In this document: positions 28,933-37,496 of the stretch, piece after piece
How the letters are laid out: every line of letters starts with the position of its first letter
How positions within the stretch are numbered: position 1 is the stretch's first letter
Assembly: GCA_965198225.1 (NCBI GenBank)
Contig: CBDAOY010000007.1
Span: 544,001-608,000, forward strand
Length of the DNA: 64,000 bases
Reading direction: 5' to 3'
Source: Terriglobia bacterium
GTDB lineage: Bacteria > Acidobacteriota > Terriglobia > 20CM-2-55-15
The notes under the pieces: generated by a model
What the model saw: the letters and a program-made list of their open reading frames with translations, nothing else
What the model was told of the DNA's origin: nothing
The model's database searches: none
Translations under genes and position numbers: made by a program

Positions 28933-30078
28933 TCACACTTCAAGAAACTTGGGATAACGCACCAGGTTGCGGCATCCGGACTCGGTGACGACAACGACAT
29001 CTTCAAGACGGACCCCGCCCATCCCCGCGTAATACAGACCCGGTTCCACCGTGACCACATGATTCTTCTTCAGTCGATTCCGGGCTCGGAGGCCGAAAGT
29101 GGGCGCTTCATGAACGTCCAGACCCAGTCCGTGGCCGGTTCCATGGAAGAAGCCTTGCATACGGCCATCCGAAAAGCCCGTCTCAAAACCGGTTCGCCGG
29201 AAATGTTCGAGAATCTCGTTGTGGATGTCATAGGCGTTTGCCTGGTGACGGATCAATCGCATCCCGATTTTCTGGGCCTGTTTGACTGACTGGTACGCGT
29301 TCTTGAGCCGGTCCGATGCGCGACCTCGAACCACCGTGCGCGTGATATCTCCAAAGTAGCCGGTCTTCTGGGACCGGGGAAAGATATCGATGATGATCGA
29401 ATCTTCCGCGCGTATGGGACCGCTGCCTTCGTTGTGGGGGTCGACTGCCTGCTCACCCGATGCCACAATCGTATGGCTGGGAACGCAGCCGCGTTCCATG
29501 ATCGTCGTGTTGATGATGCTTTTGAGGCGTTCCGATGTCAGCCGGGATCCGTTAAGGTAGAGATAGCGGCTCTTACCGATCCGCGTCCGTCGAAGCGCCT
29601 CGATCCCGGCATCCATTCCTCTTTCGGCGATCCGGAGCGATTCTCGAATCTTCCGGATCTCGTCATCAGACTTGATTTCCCGTCGCGGCCAGAAAGGATC
29701 GGGTTCTACGACGACTCGGACGCGCATCGCGCGCAGCGCGTCAGCCAGGCCGGCCGGGAAACTGGAGGGCACCAGAACGCTCTTGACGTCCAGGTCGCGG
29801 AATACTTCCCGAACCACCTCGGCTGTTGAGGGAAACCCGACGCCCCTCGCCCCGAGCCTGCTGACGTATTCGCTCTGTTTCAACACCACGTCGGCACTGG
29901 CTTGTTCGCGGGCTCGATCGAACTCCAGGTCGCTCATCACGACGTACTTCTTCCGGCGGCGCATGATAAAGATGAACGGGTCCGGTACGAACATCCGCGT
30001 GGCCCACAACATGTTCGCGTCGGTTTCGCTGTCGGCGACGATCAGTCGGGTATCAGGACGCGTGGTATATTGAGCCAT
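28933..30078 (-). CDS. M24 Xaa-Pro peptidase family protein
   Basis: IIDIFP, GDITRT, HGTGHGLGLDVHE, TVEPGLY, GVRLED. Confidence 0.9.
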   Translation of the reverse strand: MAQYTTRPDTRLIVADSETDANMLWATRMFVPDPFIFIMRRRKKYVVMSDLEFDRAREQASADVVLKQSEYVSRLGARGVGFPSTAEVVREVFRDLDVKSVLVPSSFPAGLADALRAMRVRVVVEPDPFWPRREIKSDDEIRKIRESLRIAERGMDAGIEALRRTRIGKSRYLYLNGSRLTSERLKSIINTTIMERGCVPSHTIVASGEQAVDPHNEGSGPIRAEDSIIIDIFPRSQKTGYFGDITRTVVRGRASDRLKNAYQSVKQAQKIGMRLIRHQANAYDIHNEILEHFRRTGFETGFSDGRMQGFFHGTGHGLGLDVHEAPTFGLRARNRLKKNHVVTVEPGLYYAGMGGVRLEDVVVVTESGCRNLVRYPKFLEV

Positions 30079-30081
30079 AGC

Positions 30082-30807
30082 ATGTCTAAGACTGCGGGAA
30101 TCGTCGTCATAGGCAACGAGATCCTGTCCGGCAAGACGCGTGATGAGAACGCCGCGTACTTTCTCCGAGAGCTCAGGGACCTGGGTGTCGACGTCCGAAA
30201 GGTGTCGGTCATCCCCGACGAACTCGAGTGCATCCGCGACGAGATTCAGTCGTTCTCATCCCGTTTCGACTTCGTCTTCACGTCAGGCGGTGTCGGACCC
30301 ACTCATGACGATGTCACGATCGAAGGCATCGCCTCGGCTTTCGGCCGCGGCGTCTACCGCCACCGGGAACTGGAGTCGATGCTTCGAGGATACTATCAGG
30401 AGAGCGTGACCGAGGCCACGCTGCGTATGGCGAACGTGCCTGAAGGGGCTTTCCTCGTCCAGCGCGGCCGGATGTGGTTTCCTGTAGTGGCCGTCGAAAA
30501 CGTCTACACTTTTCCGGGAGTACCGGAAATACTCGTGGCCAAATTCGATCGGATCAAGGAGATGTTCCGCCAGGATCCGTTCTTTGTGAAGGAAGTGTTC
30601 CTGCGCGCCGACGAAGGTCAGATTGCCGACATCCTCCACGAGATCATCGACAGATTTCCGGAACTACTCCTGGGTTCCTACCCCACCTTCAATAACCCCG
30701 ATTACATGGTCAAGCTGACGCTGGAATCGAAGGACAAGAGCTATCTCGACGAAGCGTTCGACACCCTGGTGGGCCGGCTGACCGAAGCCGAGATCGCGCC
30801 CCTGTAG
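30082..30807 (+). CDS. Molybdopterin-binding / CinA N-terminal domain protein
   Basis: IGNEILSGKTRDEN, SGGVGPTHDD, FPGVP. Confidence 0.85.
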   Translation: MSKTAGIVVIGNEILSGKTRDENAAYFLRELRDLGVDVRKVSVIPDELECIRDEIQSFSSRFDFVFTSGGVGPTHDDVTIEGIASAFGRGVYRHRELESMLRGYYQESVTEATLRMANVPEGAFLVQRGRMWFPVVAVENVYTFPGVPEILVAKFDRIKEMFRQDPFFVKEVFLRADEGQIADILHEIIDRFPELLLGSYPTFNNPDYMVKLTLESKDKSYLDEAFDTLVGRLTEAEIAPL

Positions 30808-30815
30808 GGGGGGAT

Positions 30816-30988
30816 CGTAGGCCGTAGGGCGTTATCCGTAGGTCGTTGGAGTCTGAGCGGCGGTGACCGCCGGTTCTTACGGAATCAGTTCTCCCTTTCC
30901 GACTTTTCTGCCTAACGAAAACCCGAGAGTCAAGAGCCAAACTTCAATAAGGGACAACGGATAACGGCCTACGGACAACGGCCTACGA
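30816..30988. repeat. Inverted heptamer arrays (CCGTAGG family)
   Basis: cgtaggccgtagggcgttatccgtagg ... acggataacggcctacggacaacggcctacg. Confidence 0.75.
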
Positions 30989-31018
30989 ACTAGTAGCCGG
31001 TGGCCACCGGCTACTAGT
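30989..31018. repeat. Perfect 30-bp palindrome
   Basis: ACTAGTAGCCGGTGG|CCACCGGCTACTAGT. Confidence 0.9.
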
Positions 31019-31119
31019 CAAACAACCCAGGCTGCTCATGCCTCCGGATCGGTATAGCGTCCAGGACTGCGTCAAAACCCAACTCCGCACACAGGGGGTG
31101 ACCTGTTCGGGATGCCCTT
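31013..31119. repeat. 107-bp direct repeat of the 3' end of the 5'-3' exonuclease gene (left boundary of the islet)
   Basis: Matches 33648-33755 except for a 1-nt indel (acagggggtg vs acagggtggtg). Confidence 0.95.
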
Positions 31120-31482
31120 CGATGGCGCGATGATGGGCTGCTCACGCAATCCCGCCCACCTAGCAATACCCGGCCGAGGGCGGTCCATTGGAAAGCGATG
31201 GTTTCATGAACAGATCAGGTTGAACGGTTGGGGTGTTATGCGGAGCTGTAGGAGACAAGAGGCCGAGGACCGCGACAAATGGATCAAACAGCAACCGCGC
31301 CCGAAGCGCAGAATCGCACGGGCCGAAGCGCACGAATCCGCGAGAATGTGATCACTCGCGGGAGCGAAACCGAACAATCAGGGACTCCGTTTTGCCTCCG
31401 GAAGTCACGTGTCTTTTTTCGATCACCCGCGGTGTTCGTCGAGCACGGTCGGGCGTGTGGGGTGGCCTCTCGATCGGAACGC

Positions 31483-32287
31483 CTAGTTCGCTGCGCGGAC
31501 GTGCTCGATGCCCAGGGCCTCCAAGCGGTCAGCGATCGAACCGATGCCGGTGTACGCGGCCGCCATGAGATTGGGGCCGTAGAGGTGGGGTCGCCCTTCA
31601 CCGACGATTTCGGCGACCGCGCGGCGGAGGCTCTCCCGCAGAAGGAGATCCTCTCCCGGGTCGGGGACGTAGCTGTAGAAGAGGGCGCGCCGCGGCCGTC
31701 CGTCCTCCCGCTTCCAGGCGGAGTGCCAGAGCCGGTTGTGCCAGACCACCGCGTCGCCGGGATTCGTGTGGACCGATACCGCGCCGGGGATGCCGTCTCT
31801 TTTCAAGCGCAGGCGCGGTTTACCATCCTCCCATTCCCCGCACGCCGCAAACAACCCCTTGTTCCATTCCGCGTGATGGGTACCCGGAATGACATTGAGG
31901 GCGCCCTGCTGTGCGCTTGTTTCGTCCAGGTAGTACGTCACACGAATCGTCTGGACCGGGTCTCCCGGAACCCCTGCGGTGTGCCACGGCAGGTCGTCCA
32001 TGTTGGAAATGACATAGTTCCCCAGGTACAGGCAGGGTGTCGACCAGAGGTCCGTCATCGCCTCGAATCCGGGGGTGGGCGGCCGGTGCCGCAAATGCCG
32101 GGTCTCGATCCTCGGCGAAGAACAGGATCCGGCTGCCGGCATCGCCGAAATTGTCATACCGCGGCGCATCCGGCATCACGCGGTCGAACGTCTTGGTCAA
32201 CGAGTCGAGCTCGCCGGCCTCCAGACATCCCCGGACCACGACGAACCCGAACGCCCGAAACATACCGACTTCCAGCTCACTGAGCAT
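31483..32287 (-). pseudogene. PhyH-family Fe(II)/2-oxoglutarate oxygenase or halogenase-like enzyme, one frameshift at ~32070
   Basis: N-terminal FRAFGFVVVRGCL in one frame; LPWHTAG...YYLDETSAQQGALNVIPGTH...PGDAVVWHNRLWHSA...RRAL in the adjacent frame; G5 run at 32071-32075. Confidence 0.8.
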
Positions 32288-32515
32288 GCCGCGCCACTCC
32301 GGACATTCGATCTCCCGACAACCCCCGTCGGTCAGCGCGATCTATTCTAATCAACGGGTCGCCGAAAGGGTGCCATGCCCCCGCGACCCGGCAGCCGTCT
32401 GCCAGCGAGAGGCTACGGGATTTCTCTTGACTGTGCCAGGGCGCGATTCCAAGGTTGACCTAACGACTTCTCCGCAGATAAGACGAACAGTGACCTTACG
32501 TCGAGGGGGAACACC

Positions 32516-32905
32516 ATGCCGCAAAACGAAGAGGCGATCAAAGAACTCTGGGCGAAGCTCGTGGCCCAGTCGTGGGGGGATGCGAATCTGAGACAGCGCA
32601 TGCTCGATGAGCCGGCCGCGGTCTTGAAGGAGAACGGAGTTCAGGTACCCGACGGGTTCCGCGTCCACACCTTCGAGGACGACGGTCAGACCATCGTTCT
32701 ACCTGTCAATGTCGAGCCGGCTGAAACAGAGCTGTCCGAAGAGGAGCTGGAGTCCGTCGCTGGGGGCGTCGAAGTCATCGCCAACCCGACGATGGGCGCT
32801 TTGAAGGGCTTCGACTCACTGGAGTTCGTGGGCCCGTGCCTCAAACCCAAAGGTGCACTCGGGTCTGAAGGCGGGAAGACGGGTGCAATGGGGCCGTGCT
32901 TCTGA
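32516..32905 (+). CDS. NHLP-leader (nitrile hydratase-like) RiPP precursor 1
   Basis: KLVAQSWGDANLRQRMLDEPAAVLKENG...ELSEEELESVAGG double-Gly leader followed by a 45-aa core; RBS gaggggga. Confidence 0.9.
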   Translation: MPQNEEAIKELWAKLVAQSWGDANLRQRMLDEPAAVLKENGVQVPDGFRVHTFEDDGQTIVLPVNVEPAETELSEEELESVAGGVEVIANPTMGALKGFDSLEFVGPCLKPKGALGSEGGKTGAMGPCF

Positions 32906-32981
32906 ACCGACTAACGCGGCCATGGCTGCCTGGAGCTACAGGTACTCAAACAGGCAAACCGGATCGCGCCGGGGAAACGAT

Positions 32982-33380
32982 ATGCAAAACGAAGATGACA
33001 TCAAACAACTCTGGGCGAAGCTCGTGGCCAAGTCGTGGGAGGATGCGAATCTGAGACAGCGCATGCTCGATGAGCCGGCCGCGGTCTTGAAGGAGAACGG
33101 AGTTCAGGTACCCGCCGGGTTCCGCGTCCACACCTTCGAGGACGACGGTCAGACCATCGTTCTACCTGTCAATGTCGAGCCGGCTGAAACAGAGCTGTCC
33201 GAAGAGGAGCTGGAGTCCGTCGCTGGGGGCGTGGAAGTCATCGCCAACCCGACGATCGGCGCTTTGAAGGGCTTCGAGTCGCTGCTTGTCATCGGCCCGT
33301 GCGATGGACCTAGAGAGGGGATGGGTCCGTGCGCCCGGCCTAAAAGCGGGAAGACGGGTGCCATCGGGCCGTGCTTCTAG
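32982..33380 (+). CDS. NHLP-leader RiPP precursor 2
   Basis: Near-identical leader ending VAGG followed by a 49-aa core with three GPC motifs. Confidence 0.9.
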   Translation: MQNEDDIKQLWAKLVAKSWEDANLRQRMLDEPAAVLKENGVQVPAGFRVHTFEDDGQTIVLPVNVEPAETELSEEELESVAGGVEVIANPTIGALKGFESLLVIGPCDGPREGMGPCARPKSGKTGAIGPCF

Positions 33381-33575
33381 GTTTGCTGCTTAGGGTGCAA
33401 CAATAACGTCAGGGAACGCACCCCCTATTTGCAGTAAGCTGAGACCTGCACAGCGGCCAGACCGTCGCGGGGGACGGAATACGTACACGCCGGCGGACCT
33501 CACACCCGACGCACCACCGCGTCTATCAACGGACCGGCCCGCCGCAGGCGCAGACGGATAGTTTTTCTGGTCAGC

Positions 33576-33624
33576 ACCACCCCAGCGCTTCGCGCCACCC
33601 CTCCTCATCTGAGGAGGGGAGTTT
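33576..33624. repeat. CCCCTCC/GGAGGGG hairpin repeat (second copy at 46955-47014, opposite orientation)
   Basis: Reverse complement aactcccctcctcagatgaggaggggtggcgcg...ggggtggt resembles 46955-47014. Confidence 0.7.
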
Positions 33625-33648
33625 AGGTGTCGCCCCGGCCACGGACCA

Positions 33649-34566
33649 CTAGTCAAACAACCCAGGCTGCTCATGCCTCCGGATCGGTATAGCGTCCAGG
33701 ACTGCGTCAAAACCCAACTCCGCACACAGGGTGGTGACCTGTTCGGGATGCCCTTTGCGGTAGCGCAGCAAGTCGGGTGAGATGTCCATATCGACGTCGC
33801 ACCGAATCCTCGCCAGCTCGCGACTCATCCGGACAGTGTCCAGGTTTTCGCGGATGCGTTTGAGAATGCGCTCGCGTCCCCTGAATGAAACTCCGTCAAG
33901 GTCGGAGTTCACGATGTCTTCGACCGTTCGGCAGGCAGCCAGGAGTTTGCTGGCAGTCTTCCCCCCGACTCCCAGGACCCCGGGGATGTTATCGACGGAG
34001 TCGCCGAGCAGAGCCAGCAGGTCGGGCACCTGGGCGGGCTCAACGCCCAGCTTGTTCTTGACCCCAGCCCGGTCGAGCCAGACGTTCTTCGCGAGATCGT
34101 AGATCCTGATGCGTTGGTCGACCAACTGAGCAAGATCCTTGTCTCCGCTGACGATGACGACGGGATGACCCAGGTCAGCCATGCGCACGGCAAGCGATCC
34201 GATGACATCATCGGCTTCGAAGGTTTCGACCTGAAAGGCGGCGATGCCGACCGCTTCAGTGATCCGCTGGCAGTACTGAAACTGGATCTTCAGGTCGTCG
34301 GGCGGTGAAACCCGATTCGCCTTGTACTCGGTGAAGAGTTCACGCCGGAAAGAATGTGCCCCCTCGAACGCAGCAGCGATATAGGGGGGATCCTGCTCTT
34401 TGATGATGCGCAGCAGGGTTCGCAGGTAACCCAGCACCGCGTTGGTTTTCATCCCGGACGGGGCAGTGATCGTTTCGGGCAGACCGTAGTAGGCACGAAA
34501 GATGTAGTTCATCGCATCGATGAGGAAGACCGGTCTCGAATTGAGGGGTAGCGAAGTCACGTCCAA
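33649..34566 (-). CDS. Stand-alone 5'-3' exonuclease (Pol I N-terminal / flap endonuclease-like)
   Basis: LIDAMNYIFRAYY, YKANR, EADDVIG, SGDKDLAQL, GDSVDNIPGV.GVGGKTA. Confidence 0.92.
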   Translation of the reverse strand: MDVTSLPLNSRPVFLIDAMNYIFRAYYGLPETITAPSGMKTNAVLGYLRTLLRIIKEQDPPYIAAAFEGAHSFRRELFTEYKANRVSPPDDLKIQFQYCQRITEAVGIAAFQVETFEADDVIGSLAVRMADLGHPVVIVSGDKDLAQLVDQRIRIYDLAKNVWLDRAGVKNKLGVEPAQVPDLLALLGDSVDNIPGVLGVGGKTASKLLAACRTVEDIVNSDLDGVSFRGRERILKRIRENLDTVRMSRELARIRCDVDMDISPDLLRYRKGHPEQVTTLCAELGFDAVLDAIPIRRHEQPGLFD

Positions 34567-34636
34567 GCCCTACGAGTGATGTTTGAAACCTTTGAGAGCA
34601 ATCTGCCGTCAAAGCTGATCGCTGACGGCCAATTTT

Positions 34637-35017
34637 CTATTCATCCAAGATGGGAGTTGGACGCCGTTCGTCATCGATCGCCACGTAGATGACGGTCGCT
34701 TCGGTCACTTTGACGACCTCGCGATTCCCGTCCGGCCCGCAGCGCTCGGCTTCAACTTCGATATCCACGGTTACCGAAGTTCGTCCCAGACGCTCGGTTC
34801 GCGTGTAGAACGTGACGATGTCTCCGAGGTGGACCGGCGCGACGAACTCGACCTCTCGCATTGCCTTCGTGACGAACCTTTTCTTGGAGTGCTTCCGCGC
34901 CTCAGCTCCCCCGGCGAGGTCGAGGTGGCTCAGGATGACACCGCCGAAGATCGTTCCCAGCGGATTCGTGTCCTTGGGTAGCATCATCACTCGAATCGCA
35001 ACGCTTCTTTCGCTCAT
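34637..35017 (-). CDS. Acyl-CoA thioesterase (hotdog fold)
   Basis: [13 protein letters not shown]...D. Confidence 0.9.
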   Translation of the reverse strand: MSERSVAIRVMMLPKDTNPLGTIFGGVILSHLDLAGGAEARKHSKKRFVTKAMREVEFVAPVHLGDIVTFYTRTERLGRTSVTVDIEVEAERCGPDGNREVVKVTEATVIYVAIDDERRPTPILDE

Positions 35018-35023
35018 CCAGGT

Positions 35024-35653
35024 TCACCTCAGGAACGGATTCTGGGCCTTCTCGCGGCCAATCGACGTATTTGGGCCGTGTCCGGGGACGACAAGGGTTT
35101 CGTCGTCGAAAACCATCAGTTTTTGCTCGATGGAGCCGAGCAGTTCCGGCAGCGACCCGCCCCAGAGATCGGTACGCCCGATACTGTTGAGAAACAACGT
35201 GTCGCCGGTGAAAAGGATGGGACGATCTCCGCCCAGGTGAAAGGTCAGGCTGCCCGGGGTGTGGCCCGGTGTGTGAAGGACACCGACTTCCACGTCCTGA
35301 CAGCCGACCACGTCGCCGTCGTCGACGAATCGATCGATCTCTCCCCGGGTTGGGGTGGGAATCCCGATCCAGCCGGCCTGTGTCTCCAGGTTGTCGAAGA
35401 GGAACAGATCTTTCTCGTGGATGCAGGCGGGTGCCGCTGCCTGCTGTTGCAGTTGGTGAATCGCGCCGACATGGTCGATGTGGGCGTGCGTGCAGACGAT
35501 CTGCTTCAGCACGAGGCCTGCCTGGCTCAGATGCTCTAAGATCGTGCCGGGATCGTCCCCCGGGTCGACAACGATCGCTTCTCTGGTTTCTTCATCGGCC
35601 AGGATCGTGCAGTTGCACTGGAGGAGGCCCACCTGGAATGTGTCGATGATCAT
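35024..35653 (-). CDS. MBL-fold hydrolase (glyoxalase II-like)
   Basis: THAHIDH, TPGHTPG, GDTLF, PGHGP. Confidence 0.9.
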   Translation of the reverse strand: MIIDTFQVGLLQCNCTILADEETREAIVVDPGDDPGTILEHLSQAGLVLKQIVCTHAHIDHVGAIHQLQQQAAAPACIHEKDLFLFDNLETQAGWIGIPTPTRGEIDRFVDDGDVVGCQDVEVGVLHTPGHTPGSLTFHLGGDRPILFTGDTLFLNSIGRTDLWGGSLPELLGSIEQKLMVFDDETLVVPGHGPNTSIGREKAQNPFLR

Positions 35654-35732
35654 TTCTAAAGAGAGTGACGAGTGACAAGTGACGAGTGACAAGTAGGAAG
35701 TAACGCGCTTGCTCTGGTGTTCGTCACTAATG

Positions 35733-36151
35733 TCACCGTTCGATTACCGCGGCGTCGAGCACCTTCAGCGTGGCGTCGACGGCCTTGTCACGGCCTTCGG
35801 GTCACGGCTGGGGATCTCCTTCTCCTCTCCCGGAGCAAGCCTCTGATTGATGACAATCCGATCGCTTTCTACGATTGCGCCTCTGTCGTTAACGTAGGTG
35901 GCTTCCAGCGCGATCTCATCGTACGTGGTTCGCGAGCTGTCGTTGCGGAGTCGAATGATCCAGGCCGGGCGATCACCACCAACGTCGGGCACGAACTCAC
36001 TGTGCGTGATGACGATTTCCCCTGCGGGGTCGGGGCCTCCGAACCAACCCGCGATCGAATCCCCGTACGATCGGTAGCCGAGAACGACGACGATCAGAAT
36101 GAGGATGGCCCGTCGTCCTGCGACCCAACGGCGGGATCGGAGAAAATTCAC
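35733..36151 (-). CDS. Hypothetical membrane-anchored protein, probable frameshift near 35795
   Basis: N-terminal hydrophobic helix; an alternative frame gives a natural-looking end RDKAVDATLKVLDAAVIER* at 35733 (the ORF track stops at 35765). Confidence 0.55.
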
Positions 36152-36173
36152 GGTTGTCCTTCTTGGGCGGGCC

Positions 36174-37361
36174 TCAGGGGCTTTCTTCCTCGAGCGTCAG
36201 TTCGATGTCGACCTGTTGCTTGCCCCGGATGACGGTGACCGGTATGCGCTCGCCGGGCCGACGTGGCTCGAGCGCCGCGCTGACTTCTTCCACCGCGTTG
36301 ACTCCTCGCCCATCGACTTCGACGATGACGTCTCCACCGATCCCGATCAAGGAGTTTCCGACGCGCACCTGCCTTGTCGCGCCACGGATTCCGCCCCTCT
36401 CTGCAGGACTGCCGGGGATGACATCGACGACGAGTACTCCCGAATCAGTGCCGAGATCGAGAGCCTCGGCAATCTGTCCCAGCCGATCCAGCCCGATTCC
36501 CCTGAATCCCATGAAAACGCGCCGGACTCTCCCATAAGTGATGAGATCGGTCGTCACGCGCTTCACGGTTTCTACGGGAACAGCAAAGCTGATTCCGATG
36601 TTGCCCGTATTCGACGGGGAAACGATAGCGGTGTTGATGCCGATGACTTCGCCGCTGGTGTTGAGGAGCGGCCCTCCCGAATTACCGGGGTTGATCGCGG
36701 CGTCGGTCTGGATGATCCCTTCGATTATCCGGCCGTTGCCCGCCTGGATGGAACGGCCCAGCGAGCTGATGATTCCCGTGGTCAGGGTTCCTTCCAGACC
36801 GAAAGGATTGCCGATCGCCAGAACCTTCTGGCCGACCTGGATTCCCTCAGTCGAGCCGAGTGGAATGGCAACGAGGTCTGACGGAGGCGCGTCGATCTTG
36901 ATGACAGCGAGATCGTTGCTCGGATCGGCTCCGACGACCTGTGCCTCGTACTTGCTCTGGTCCCACAGCGTGACCTCCAGCCGCCGGGCACCTTCGATGA
37001 CGTGATAGTTCGTGAGGACGTTGCCGGTGTTGTCGATCAGCACGCCCGAGCCGCTGCCGGATTCCGGGACGGGTTGGAGGAAGAAATTGTAAGCCAGCGT
37101 GGTCGAGGTGATGTTGACGACGCCACGGCTGTAGGTTCGGTAGATGTCGACGTTATTGCGTTCGTCGGCGCTCATCTCCTGTTCGGCCAGCGGAGCAGAG
37201 GCCGGCGCGGAAGCGAGCGTGACATCCGGGGTGACCGCCTCGACTCCCTCTGCCGGTCTGGACACGGGTTGCGGCCGCAACGGTCGCCATTCCAGCGCGA
37301 CGTAAACCATCGCCGCGGTGATGATCGAGGACAAGAGGGCGATTCGGAATCCCTGTTTCAT
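36174..37361 (-). CDS. HtrA/DegS-like trypsin serine protease with PDZ domain
   Basis: LTNYHVI, DLAVIKI, IQTDAAINPGNSGGPL; C-terminal PDZ. Confidence 0.92.
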   Translation of the reverse strand: MKQGFRIALLSSIITAAMVYVALEWRPLRPQPVSRPAEGVEAVTPDVTLASAPASAPLAEQEMSADERNNVDIYRTYSRGVVNITSTTLAYNFFLQPVPESGSGSGVLIDNTGNVLTNYHVIEGARRLEVTLWDQSKYEAQVVGADPSNDLAVIKIDAPPSDLVAIPLGSTEGIQVGQKVLAIGNPFGLEGTLTTGIISSLGRSIQAGNGRIIEGIIQTDAAINPGNSGGPLLNTSGEVIGINTAIVSPSNTGNIGISFAVPVETVKRVTTDLITYGRVRRVFMGFRGIGLDRLGQIAEALDLGTDSGVLVVDVIPGSPAERGGIRGATRQVRVGNSLIGIGGDVIVEVDGRGVNAVEEVSAALEPRRPGERIPVTVIRGKQQVDIELTLEEESP

Positions 37362-37496
37362 CTTTGTCTATGGCTCTTTAAGACGTCGGCTCTGCTATGC
37401 AAATCGTAGGCCGGTCCGTTTCCAGAAAGCGATAAGCTGCGGCGCCTCGCGCCGTCAGCTTCATCACGATGAACCACGTCGGTGCACGCAAAATAA

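Larger units (their letters stand above)
31013..33755. mobile_element. Direct-repeat-bounded genomic islet carrying RiPP precursor genes; no integrase
   Basis: 107/108-bp flanking direct repeats correspond to a gene 3' end; cargo is unrelated to the neighbouring genes. Confidence 0.65.

Noticed and set aside
27055-29289. 744-aa + strand ORF
   Set aside because: Antisense shadow of three clear minus-strand genes (DnaJ, MBL hydrolase, M24 peptidase); no motifs; long shadows are expected at this GC content.
31279-32283. 334-aa + strand ORF inside the islet, considered as an integrase or maturase
   Set aside because: Antisense to the PhyH-fold gene; no tyrosine or serine recombinase motif and no enzyme motif.
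32516-33380. Tandem near-identical sequences considered as a diversity-generating retroelement TR/VR pair
   Set aside because: Differences are not adenine-specific, both copies are intact genes, and no reverse transcriptase is present.
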